DNA of 64,000 nt from a virus: the IMG/VR virus record IMGVR_UViG_3300045988_081432, positions 16,198 through 80,197 of that record; one strand, 5' to 3'. The notes beneath the pieces were generated by a model, which made no database searches, was not told the DNA's origin, and was given only the letters and a program-made list of their open reading frames with translations. Both the position numbers and the translations under genes were made by a program. This document shows, piece after piece, positions 1 to 7,645 of the stretch (position 1 is the first letter of the stretch; every line of letters starts with the position of its first letter).

Positions 1-153
1 CAGGCAATTGTATCTGTTCCTACCTATCAGTTTACAACTACTGCTTGTGCAGCGAATTACTGCAATCCTTATTTTGTAAGCGGCACTGCTTATGCAAATG
101 GCCCTGCTTACACTAATACTGGTTGTGGTTGCAACGGTGGACTTACTTTCTGA
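1..153 (+). CDS. 3' end of a Cys/Gly/Tyr-rich protein; the 5' end lies outside the window
   Basis: Frame 1 is open from the window edge to TGA 151-153. Translation reads QAIVSVPTYQFTTTACAANYCNPYF...TGCGCNGGLTF. Confidence 0.3.
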   Translation, partial: QAIVSVPTYQFTTTACAANYCNPYFVSGTAYANGPAYTNTGCGCNGGLTF

Positions 154-247
154 TTAAGTTCTAATTAATCTTTATTGTGGGACAAGTATTCCACAGAATA
201 ACATTATATACATTTTTACTTATTTTTTTACAAGCGGGTGAAGATTT

Positions 248-781
248 ATGAACTTCACAAATCCAAGTCCTCTTATTGGAGGTATGCGTTCTCCACAGAA
301 TGTTATGCCAGTAGATGTAGGAGGAACACAAAATCAATATCAGAATCAATATCAAAGAAATATGTCGCCAGAACAGTGGGAGTATGTACAACAGGTTCGT
401 AGAACTGGTTATGACCCAAATATGATGCCTCAAGTACAGCAACCACAACAGCCAGAACAGTCTGACCCTTATAATGATTTTATTACAGAGTTTAATCAGT
501 GTTCTAACGTAGTTCAGGCAAGTATATTAGAAAATCCTGAATTTAAACAGTGCATGGCTGAATGTGACAAAAAGATTCAGGCAACTATGGAGGCTCTAGT
601 ACGTCCACAGGTTATGCAGACACAAGATGGTCGTGTAGCTTTCGAGAGGTTGTTAGCGTCTTTCCGTGGTGTCAGAGACCAAGCAAAGCAGCAAGAAGCT
701 CAGAATATGCAAAGAATACAAGCGTTAATGAATGATGACGTTGTTCGTAAGCGTATTGAAGAGTTAGAGAAGAATAAGTGA
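248..781 (+). CDS. hypothetical protein with a Q/N-rich N-terminus
   Basis: 177-aa ORF with an ATG start after a purine-rich RBS. It contains a QNQYQNQYQ repeat. I recognise no domain. Confidence 0.55.
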   Translation: MNFTNPSPLIGGMRSPQNVMPVDVGGTQNQYQNQYQRNMSPEQWEYVQQVRRTGYDPNMMPQVQQPQQPEQSDPYNDFITEFNQCSNVVQASILENPEFKQCMAECDKKIQATMEALVRPQVMQTQDGRVAFERLLASFRGVRDQAKQQEAQNMQRIQALMNDDVVRKRIEELEKNK

Positions 782-791
782 GGTGCTTGCT

Positions 792-1091
792 ATGATTTCT
801 GATAAAGAACTTTTTAAACAGATGGCCGACCGTGATGTTGTAAATCTATACCGTTATCTTATTTACAATCTTGCTGGTGGTACGAGTATTGCTACTTATG
901 CAAGTTTGTTTGAAGATAAGATTTTGGGATATGCTAATATTGGTGTGGATAAAGCCTGTGATTGGCTGTTTGGTAAAGATGTCGGTTGTGACATTGACGA
1001 GGCGGCTGATATCGCACAAGCTGTTGTTTCTGATAAGATTGAAGAATACCGCAAACGTGTTAAAGAACAACGTGCGGCTAAAAATGCGTAA
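792..1091 (+). CDS. hypothetical protein
   Basis: Track ORF 783..1091. ATG 792 lies 6 nt after a GTGAGGTG RBS. It is co-directional with and tightly packed against its neighbours. Confidence 0.55.
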   Translation: MISDKELFKQMADRDVVNLYRYLIYNLAGGTSIATYASLFEDKILGYANIGVDKACDWLFGKDVGCDIDEAADIAQAVVSDKIEEYRKRVKEQRAAKNA

Positions 1092-1136
1092 TAACATTGT
1101 AACATAATTGATAGTCCTAATAAATAGGTGATTATT

Positions 1137-1505
1137 ATGAGATGGCCTATCGTGACCGTTACATCACTTGATAGCTCTGCTGCTGGTGTGGACGTATTAA
1201 AGGCAAATCCTATATATACTATAGAAAGTTTGCCCTATCCAAGACGCTATTATTATTTTGCCTTACTCATTAAGGTTGGTTTTGAATTTAATGATAATAA
1301 GTCTCTCTTGCTGACAGACAATGATGAAGTCAACAAGTATCACCTTGTTGACCGTCTTGGCAATGCAGTCCTTGCTTCTCAGGCTATTGGGTACTCTCAG
1401 AGCCAGAGATTAATGTACTGTATGTATGACGATGTAAAGAAAATTGTCCGCGTTCTAAGTCCTCTAGCTCCTACTGATTATTATATTGAGGGTTGGCTTA
1501 CTTAA
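1137..1505 (+). CDS. hypothetical protein
   Basis: Track ORF 1128..1505. ATG 1137 follows a TAGGTGA RBS. The 19-nt initiation region 1122-1140 is identical to 5810-5828. Confidence 0.55.
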   Translation: MRWPIVTVTSLDSSAAGVDVLKANPIYTIESLPYPRRYYYFALLIKVGFEFNDNKSLLLTDNDEVNKYHLVDRLGNAVLASQAIGYSQSQRLMYCMYDDVKKIVRVLSPLAPTDYYIEGWLT

Positions 1506-1528
1506 TAATATAATAAGGAGTGGAAGGA

Positions 1529-2065
1529 ATGGTATTAAACAACGGTATTGCCCCATGCGGTACGATGTCAAGATGTTGTTGCTGTAATATGCGGCTTATT
1601 TGTGCTAAATCCCCTTACTGTGTTATAAATTCAGGGAGTGGTTCTTCTGATAAGAAACTGGAAGAGATTGAGAATCTTATCCAGCAATTAATCCAGTCGC
1701 AAGCACAAGCACTTGCTGACCTTGAAACAAAAGCTACTGCCGCTCAAGCTAGTTTAAATACAATTACTGCTAATATAGCAACATTGCAAACGACTAGTGA
1801 TAATTTAACGACAGCATTTGGTGAATTTGCACAAGATACAAAAACTAAGCTAGACGAAATCTATGCTAAAGTAGAAAATATACCAGCGACCAGTACAACT
1901 TCTGTCAATGATTTAGATACACCGATTGATGTAGATTCTTCTGATGTATCAGAGGATGATTCAAAATCACTTACTGTATTAAAACCAAAAGAAACAGAAG
2001 ATACTATTCTGGTTGAAAAGAAAGGCTTATTTGGTAAATCCAAATGGGTAGAACAAAAGAAATAA
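1529..2065 (+). CDS. hypothetical coiled-coil protein with an N-terminal Cys cluster
   Basis: ATG 1529 follows AAGGAG. The N-terminus reads ...CGTMSRCCCCNMRLICAKSPYC, followed by a long heptad-like Q/A/L/T region. Confidence 0.55.
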   Translation: MVLNNGIAPCGTMSRCCCCNMRLICAKSPYCVINSGSGSSDKKLEEIENLIQQLIQSQAQALADLETKATAAQASLNTITANIATLQTTSDNLTTAFGEFAQDTKTKLDEIYAKVENIPATSTTSVNDLDTPIDVDSSDVSEDDSKSLTVLKPKETEDTILVEKKGLFGKSKWVEQKK

Positions 2066-2272
2066 TTTTGAGTTAAATTTTAGAAATTATAGACCCTTTA
2101 GTGAGTATAAGTTATTGTACTTAGTAAAGTGTCTATAATATTTTGTTATAGACATAATTTGAAATTTAACTTATAGGTGTGCGCCCGTATGTGCATGAAA
2201 GGAAAACATTATGACATTTGGTAAAAATGCGAAGAATAATCACCTTTATATTTATAAGGAAGGTGATGTAGT

Positions 2273-2458
2273 ATGAAGTATGAGAAAGAAAAATATTTCT
2301 CTTGTTATTCTCCTAATCTTAAAGAATATCTGGAAAGAAATGGATTTGAACCTATTACTTCGTTTGTACACATCAGAGAGAATAAGACTTGTTGGGTATT
2401 TGAGAAAGTGCCTGAGCTATCTATATATCTTGAACAGTGGACTCGCAATCGCAAGTAA
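2273..2458 (+). CDS. small hypothetical phage protein
   Basis: 61-aa ORF with a GGAAGGTGA RBS 6 nt upstream of the ATG. The overlapping alternative-frame ORF 2280..2465 has no RBS. Confidence 0.45.
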   Translation: MKYEKEKYFSCYSPNLKEYLERNGFEPITSFVHIRENKTCWVFEKVPELSIYLEQWTRNRK

Positions 2459-2850
2459 AGGGTAAATTATATGAAAAATATTGTAAGAAATTTTCTGTTG
2501 CTATCGTAGTATTTGTGACTACATTTATCACAGTTTATTATTCTGTTGTGTATGCAACAAAGAAACAGATTGTATTTGATGGTTCTGATATTCTAATAAT
2601 TATTTTCTTTGGCTTACTATCTTTGATGGTCGTGTTTATGCTACTTTATATCAATTCTAAATTAAACTCATTCTCTAATGCTCTATCTGATATTTCTAAT
2701 AAGATTGATATATCAGAAGAAAACATGATAAATTTAGAAAAGAGTACGCAGAGAATTATATTAAAGGAAGTAAAAGAGAATAGGGAATTTAAGGGAAAAA
2801 TTTTAGAAAGGATTGAGCATGAAGAGAAATCCGAACAGCAATCGGAGTAA
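2437..2850 (+). CDS. membrane protein with two hydrophobic helices and a coiled-coil tail; start uncertain
   Basis: 137-aa ORF. It has only a GTG start and no clear RBS. It contains copy 1 of the 76-bp repeat, which encodes FSNALSDISNKIDISEENMINLEKS. Confidence 0.45.
   Translation: MDSQSQVKGKLYEKYCKKFSVAIVVFVTTFITVYYSVVYATKKQIVFDGSDILIIIFFGLLSLMVVFMLLYINSKLNSFSNALSDISNKIDISEENMINLEKSTQRIILKEVKENREFKGKILERIEHEEKSEQQSE
2670..2745 (+). repeat. 76-bp perfect direct repeat, copy 1 (inside CDS 2437..2850)
   Basis: Identical by hand alignment to 3092-3167. Confidence 0.9.
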
Positions 2851-3100
2851 AAGATGGGTAGAAAGAAATTGCCTATCCTCTGATAGATGCGTGTCTTATG
2901 TAAAGGATTTATGTGAAGCTTATGGCATTAAATATAAAATTTCTGGCGATAAGCTTTTTGTGGATTCTGATGGGATTTCCTATCGGGTTTATCCTGACTA
3001 TGAAAATATATGTATAATTGCAGTAAATAAAATAACTGGTGAGAAAAAATGGTATGACGGAGATTCATGTTGGGTTGACTTCATATTAGATATTCTCTAA
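2819..3100 (+). CDS. hypothetical protein carried between the two 76-bp repeat copies
   Basis: ATG 2819 follows a GAAAGGA RBS (the track starts at TTG 2813). The stop TAA 3098-3100 lies inside repeat copy 2. Confidence 0.5.
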   Translation: MKRNPNSNRSKRWVERNCLSSDRCVSYVKDLCEAYGIKYKISGDKLFVDSDGISYRVYPDYENICIIAVNKITGEKKWYDGDSCWVDFILDIL

Positions 3101-3167
3101 TGCTCTATCTGATATTTCTAATAAGATTGATATATCAGAAGAAAACATGATAAATTTAGAAAAGAGT
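3092..3167 (+). repeat. 76-bp perfect direct repeat, copy 2 (not in an expressed frame)
   Basis: Identical to 2670-2745. In the frame equivalent to copy 1 it is preceded by TAG 3087-3089. Confidence 0.9.
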
Positions 3168-3168
3168 C

Positions 3169-3197
3169 TTGACAACTTCTGTATGTTGTGCTATATT
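3169..3197 (+). promoter_or_regulatory. sigma-A type promoter with an extended -10
   Basis: TTGACA at 3169-3174, a 17-nt spacer, and TATATT at 3192-3197 preceded by TGc. It lies 49 nt upstream of ATG 3246. Confidence 0.7.
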
Positions 3198-3245
3198 AAC
3201 AATGGAAGCAAATAATTCCATAAAATAGTACAAGGAGAAGTCGTT

Positions 3246-3743
3246 ATGAGTGTTCCACTAAGTTTGTTAATTTATAATCCAATTGAAGCATATATCTTGA
3301 TTTTGTTATGTGATGTTATTGCCGAGAATGACACAAAGTTTACCATTAAAAGAGCATTACTTTTGTGGGATTTTGGTGCGACAAATTTGTTTATCCAGCT
3401 AGTTCCGTATATTTGGTATGGGAAATGGTTCTTTGCAATTTTTAATGTTTCTGTGAATTATATAATAATACCATTTTCTATCATGTATTATTACAGAATT
3501 GTGTCTTGCCGCATAGGTTATTTTAGATGTTTTATTTCCGAATTAATCAATTGTTTGTTTATAATAATCATATCTAATATATTTGATTTGTTAATAGATA
3601 AATATGATATGTTCTTTTCAAGAAGTATATTTCACGAATTTATATCAAATATGACTATATTTTTCGTGCAAATTATACTATATTCTATTATAAAACATAG
3701 GAGATTTTTATATGAAAAACATTTTCAAAACTTTCGCAAGTAA
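3246..3743 (+). CDS. polytopic membrane protein of unknown function; first gene of the agr-like module
   Basis: 165 aa with about five hydrophobic segments. Its stop overlaps the start of the peptide ORF at 3712, which suggests translational coupling. Confidence 0.6.
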   Translation: MSVPLSLLIYNPIEAYILILLCDVIAENDTKFTIKRALLLWDFGATNLFIQLVPYIWYGKWFFAIFNVSVNYIIIPFSIMYYYRIVSCRIGYFRCFISELINCLFIIIISNIFDLLIDKYDMFFSRSIFHEFISNMTIFFVQIILYSIIKHRRFLYEKHFQNFRK

Positions 3744-3840
3744 CTGTGTTGAAAAAGCCTTTACTTCTCTCGGTCACTACCAGCCTAAGATGCCAAATTC
3801 TCTGATGGAAAAGGCTCAGAAGGAAAATAAGGAAGACTAA
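3712..3840 (+). CDS. 42-aa AgrD-like autoinducing-peptide precursor candidate (absent from the ORF track)
   Basis: AGGAG at 3699-3703 lies 8 nt before the ATG. The translation is MKNIFKTFASNCVEKAFTSLGHYQPKMPNSLMEKAQKENKED. It has an amphipathic leader, a short core and a charged tail with a YQPKMPNSL motif that resembles clostridial AgrD tails. Confidence 0.45.
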   Translation: MKNIFKTFASNCVEKAFTSLGHYQPKMPNSLMEKAQKENKED

Positions 3841-3884
3841 TCTTCCCTTATCCTTATATTATAGACATTGTAGACTTTAATATA

Positions 3885-3918
3885 GGGAGTCAGTCTTTTG
3901 GCTGGCTCCCTTATTTTT
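3885..3918 (+). terminator. rho-independent terminator-like hairpin
   Basis: GGGAGTCAGTC / GGCTGGCTCCC forms an 11-bp stem with two G-U pairs, followed by TTATTTTT. Confidence 0.55.
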
Positions 3919-3941
3919 GTGTAATAAAGGAATATTCTGTT

Positions 3942-4547
3942 ATGGATATTTTTAGATATATTGAAGACGTATCTTATAAACTCGGTTTAAAAGTTGCAAA
4001 TTATTTCCATGAAGACAAGGATGGGATTGAAGAGACACAATATGGGATGTTCGCTATTTTGAGTTTCTTGTTTGAGTTTGGAACTGGACTTATTATATCT
4101 CTTATTTTTGGATATGTCAAGTATTTTCTTGTATTTCAAATTACCTATTGTTTTCTACGTTCTGTTTGTGGTGGAGAACATTGCAAAACATTTGCATCTT
4201 GTTGGGCAGTAACAAACATTATCTCATTTGTTGGAAGTATGATAGCTATTTTATTATCCGTAAACAGTATGTTTGTAATGATTGGAGTTATTATTACATC
4301 TCTGGCATCTGTTGATATGTTTTATATTATTCCGAAACCAAGCGAAAATTCTCCTAGTAGAGGGAGTAGAGATATCGAGTTTAAAAGACGCTATATTGAG
4401 GGGACTTGTGTGTTAATTTTCTTAGCTTGTATTTTGGCGTTTTTTGATATAAAGTTTGTTTCTGCTTCTATTTGCTCTGCTTATATTATGTGTTATATTA
4501 TGCTATCTAAATATGGCGAAAAATTTATGACTCTATTTAAGTTTTGA
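3942..4547 (+). CDS. agrB: AgrB-family membrane peptidase (AIP-processing enzyme)
   Basis: 201 aa and polytopic. It carries an FLRSVCGGEHCKTFASCW motif with His80 and Cys87 spaced 7 residues apart, as in the catalytic His/Cys of S. aureus AgrB. A basic cytoplasmic loop PKPSENSPSRGSRDIEFKRR is present. Confidence 0.75.
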   Translation: MDIFRYIEDVSYKLGLKVANYFHEDKDGIEETQYGMFAILSFLFEFGTGLIISLIFGYVKYFLVFQITYCFLRSVCGGEHCKTFASCWAVTNIISFVGSMIAILLSVNSMFVMIGVIITSLASVDMFYIIPKPSENSPSRGSRDIEFKRRYIEGTCVLIFLACILAFFDIKFVSASICSAYIMCYIMLSKYGEKFMTLFKF

Positions 4548-4553
4548 TTAATT

Positions 4554-4640
4554 AAAGACCAGAGGATAGGGATATTAAGCTGCTATCGCCCGTTGTTAGG
4601 AGATACAGGTTCTTTGGCTTGCCTGTCTGGTCTTTATTAT
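4554..4640 (+). other. long structured intergenic element, possibly a complex terminator or small RNA
   Basis: AAAGACCAGA (4554-4563) pairs with TCTGGTCTTT (4626-4635), plus a GG/CC extension. The stem encloses two possible inner hairpins and is followed by a T-rich tract. Confidence 0.3.
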
Positions 4641-4677
4641 TTATAATTGTAGAACCAGCTTTAAAGAGGTGCGTTCT

Positions 4678-4944
4678 ATGATTATAAATGATTTAGCAAC
4701 AATAGCAAATTCTGATTTAATATCAGGAGCTGCAAACATTAGTCAATTTATAAATGTTTATCAAGCGACTAAAGGTGCGACATCATCTCAGTTAAATACA
4801 GAGCTTATTAAGCAAAACCAACATATTGAAAATAAACTTGACGAACAAACGAATATGTTGCTTGAAAAACTATTGTCTGAATTAAAGATTATAGAAGAAC
4901 AAAATATTGAAATAATTAAACTGTTGGGTGGCGGCGTCAAATGA
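4678..4944 (+). CDS. hypothetical protein, paralogue of the next gene
   Basis: ATG 4678 follows an AAAGAGGTG RBS. Its N-terminus MIINDLATIANSDLISGAANI and Leu/Ile-rich C-terminus are shared with 4941..5165. Confidence 0.5.
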   Translation: MIINDLATIANSDLISGAANISQFINVYQATKGATSSQLNTELIKQNQHIENKLDEQTNMLLEKLLSELKIIEEQNIEIIKLLGGGVK

Positions 4945-5165
4945 TTCTTAATACTAATGCAGAATTAGGTGGATTAGATGCCCTTGGTGTTGCAGATACA
5001 ATTATTGCTTCATTATTATTAAATTATTCTGAGAAATCTTATAGGTTAAATCTCGATAATACCTCAGAAAATAAAAAAGTTATTTCTCTATTAAACGAAA
5101 TAAATGAAAATGAAAAAACTATTATTTCTTTATTACAAAGAATAATAGAAGATGATAAGCATTAG
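4941..5165 (+). CDS. hypothetical protein, paralogue of the previous gene
   Basis: Shares a 4-nt ATGA overlap with the upstream gene. The sequence is MILNTNAELGGLDALGVADTI...LLQRIIEDD. Confidence 0.5.
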   Translation: MILNTNAELGGLDALGVADTIIASLLLNYSEKSYRLNLDNTSENKKVISLLNEINENEKTIISLLQRIIEDDKH

Positions 5166-5306
5166 TCTTGTCTTATCGGTAAAATAATCCAGACTAAATA
5201 AACGAGTGACGGTTCTGACTCGTCGTAAAAATAAAAATTGACCGAGCGATGATTCACGACAGGGAATAAAAGGGGTCAAAAATATTATAGAAAGTAGTGG
5301 ATATCA

Positions 5307-5777
5307 ATGGGTGTATTGCAAATTATTATTAATATTTGCTCTACTTTTGGTGTGTCTGGACTCCTTTTGTTCTTTGTGAAAAGGCACTATGAAAAGAAAG
5401 ACGAAGCTTTAAAAGAGGGAAAGCGGGAGAGAAGAGAAATCAAGGATGCGATTGATAAAATTGCTAAACAAAACGAAGAGCAGTATGCAATGATTGCATT
5501 TCAAAAGGATAAGATAAGTTCTCTTTCTGATGATGTTAAGGTTTTAAGAGAGCAAGGAAATCAAAATTCACAAGCGGATAGAGATATACTTCGGGATGCG
5601 ATGTTAAGGACATATCATAATTGTTATGAAGTCAAAGGTTGGATTTCTGTTAATGACTTAGAAAGTTTTCAACACATGTTTGAGAGCTACACAGCGTTGC
5701 ACGGTAACGGAATGATGCCGTCTGTTCATGAAAAAATTTTAAGTCTACCAACTATTCCACCTGAGAATAAATCTTGA
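5307..5777 (+). CDS. membrane-anchored coiled-coil protein
   Basis: 156 aa with an N-terminal TM segment (ICSTFGVSGLLLFFV), then a charged coil and a globular C-terminus. Confidence 0.55.
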   Translation: MGVLQIIINICSTFGVSGLLLFFVKRHYEKKDEALKEGKRERREIKDAIDKIAKQNEEQYAMIAFQKDKISSLSDDVKVLREQGNQNSQADRDILRDAMLRTYHNCYEVKGWISVNDLESFQHMFESYTALHGNGMMPSVHEKILSLPTIPPENKS

Positions 5778-5824
5778 ACATTTCATTAAATTATAAAATC
5801 ACTTTTAACAAATAGGTGATTATT

Positions 5825-6154
5825 ATGACAGTAAATGAATCTAAAAATATTATCCAAAAACTAATTAAGTATTCTATTTGTGAACTTGAAACGGCAGAGT
5901 GTTACCAAGAACTAATGGGCTGTGTTGAAGACTCTTCTATGTTTTCCAAATTCAAAGAGTTTGCAAATGAAGAACTAACTCATTACGAGTATGATTTGTC
6001 AACCGCAATGGTTATGGCTCAAAAATTGAAAGACAATGGTGATATTGCGGATGTTGATGAAATGATTAGTAATATCTATAAAGAGAATGAGACAGACTGG
6101 AAGAATAAGATTGTCTGGAAAATTGCTAACACTAAGTTAAAAACTTCTCGCTAA
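5825..6154 (+). CDS. hypothetical helical protein
   Basis: ATG 5825 follows a TAGGTGA RBS; the track starts at GTG 5816. Confidence 0.5.
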   Translation: MTVNESKNIIQKLIKYSICELETAECYQELMGCVEDSSMFSKFKEFANEELTHYEYDLSTAMVMAQKLKDNGDIADVDEMISNIYKENETDWKNKIVWKIANTKLKTSR

Positions 6155-6457
6155 ATGATGCTAGATGCGTGGCTAGAGGTCGTTAAACAGCGACGATAAA
6201 TGTTGAGAAAACCAGTACATTACTACGGTATTGTATGGTTTCAAAACTAATTATGATTTATACAGCTGTATGTTAGTACGAGGCGCTGATGAATTTTAGT
6301 AACCGTTTTTAAGTATTAAAGAATACGACCGTATAAACCATATAGAAATGTTTGTTGCTATGGCAACTATCCATAAGTAAAGATGCTTGTGGATAGTAAC
6401 GATGGCAATAAGTCATCGGCTGAATTAAAGGGGTATTTGGTACAGAAAGGAGTACAC

Positions 6458-7633
6458 ATGGAAGATAGTCTACTAAAGCGTAAGGACGAGACCGATAAGG
6501 AATATGGTTTACGTCTAGCTATCAATAAAGACGTATACGATATTAGCTGGTCTAAAATTTGTGACCTTATGTTTGAAGCAACTGGCGTAAGAAAAGACGA
6601 AAGTGCTTATCGTAAATATTATATGGCATTCCTTGATGGAGTTGATTATCAAAAGAATAAAGACCCGTCTGAACAAATGGACGAGTTAATGAATAAAGAG
6701 CTAGATATTAAATTAAAAACTGTCAAGATGCGGGATTATAAAGCAGCGCTTAACCGTGATGTTAATAAGATTGCTCGTTTTGATATGCTTAAACAAGACA
6801 TTTCAGACTATGTTATTAAAAATCATTTGGAGTTTAATGATAATAAAAGCAACTTTTCATCAACCGAGAAGAGTGCTATTTTATGCCTATCTGATTTCCA
6901 TTATGGTATGGTGACTGATAATTATCTTAATAAATATAATCCTGAAATCTTCCATGAGCGCATGACCAAACTTTTTGACACAGTTGTTAAGAAGATTTAT
7001 TCTGAAAAGATTGGTGCTCTGTACGTTATTAATTTAAACGATGCTATTTCTGGATATATTCATAATACTGTTCGGATTGAGAATCGTAAGAATGTTATTG
7101 AACAGGTAATGGAAGTTTCTAATGCTTTGGCAGAGTTTCTAAATGGGCTTTCTCAACATTGTAATATTGAATATTATTCTGTTATTGATAATCATTCTCG
7201 TTGTATGGCTAATAAGTATGATAGCTTGCAAAATGAAAATTTTTCTCTACTTGTTGACTGGTATTTGAAAGCAGCTTTACATTATGTCCATAATATTCAT
7301 ATTAATGAGAACGAATTTGATAATGATATTTTAACATTTAGTATTTATAACTGGAATTATCTAGGCTCTCATGGAGACAAAGACAGTATTCATGATATAG
7401 TTCAGAATATGACGCTTTTAACCCATAAGTTCTATGATGCGATGTTTATTGCACATAAACACCATGTAGAGTCTAAAGAAGTTGATGGAACTATGGTTTT
7501 TATGAATGGTTCTCTTTGTGGTACAGATAACTATGCAAAGTCTTTGCGTATCACTTCTCACCCTTCCCAGACTATGTATATTGTCACCCCTGATAATCCC
7601 TATGAATCTATAAATATTATCCGTTTGGATTAA
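6458..7633 (+). CDS. calcineurin-like metallophosphoesterase
   Basis: ATG 6458 follows AAAGGAG; the upstream extension to 6383 has no RBS. Motifs seen are LSDFHYG (DxH), NLNDAISG, IDNHSR (GNH-like), GSHGDK and AHKHH (GHxH-like). Confidence 0.65.
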   Translation: MEDSLLKRKDETDKEYGLRLAINKDVYDISWSKICDLMFEATGVRKDESAYRKYYMAFLDGVDYQKNKDPSEQMDELMNKELDIKLKTVKMRDYKAALNRDVNKIARFDMLKQDISDYVIKNHLEFNDNKSNFSSTEKSAILCLSDFHYGMVTDNYLNKYNPEIFHERMTKLFDTVVKKIYSEKIGALYVINLNDAISGYIHNTVRIENRKNVIEQVMEVSNALAEFLNGLSQHCNIEYYSVIDNHSRCMANKYDSLQNENFSLLVDWYLKAALHYVHNIHINENEFDNDILTFSIYNWNYLGSHGDKDSIHDIVQNMTLLTHKFYDAMFIAHKHHVESKEVDGTMVFMNGSLCGTDNYAKSLRITSHPSQTMYIVTPDNPYESINIIRLD

Positions 7634-7645
7634 GGCGGTGGTTAC

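Noticed and set aside
2280-2465. The alternative-frame 61-aa ORF overlapping 2273..2458.
   Set aside because: It shares almost its whole length with the frame that has the RBS-ATG pair at 2273. Its translation is Leu/Ile/Arg-rich with no features.
3246-3743. The 165-aa membrane protein as an AgrC sensor kinase.
   Set aside because: It has only transmembrane segments and lacks the HisKA/HATPase region. A sensor-domain-only relative cannot be supported from sequence inspection, so I left it as unknown.
6155-6457. A search for a tRNA or small RNA in the 300-nt gap upstream of the metallophosphoesterase gene; several short hairpins are present.
   Set aside because: I found no cloverleaf and no GTTCGAATC-like T-arm or D-arm consensus. 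The hairpins are short and AT-rich. The track ORF extension 6383-6457 lacks an RBS. The region is left unannotated.
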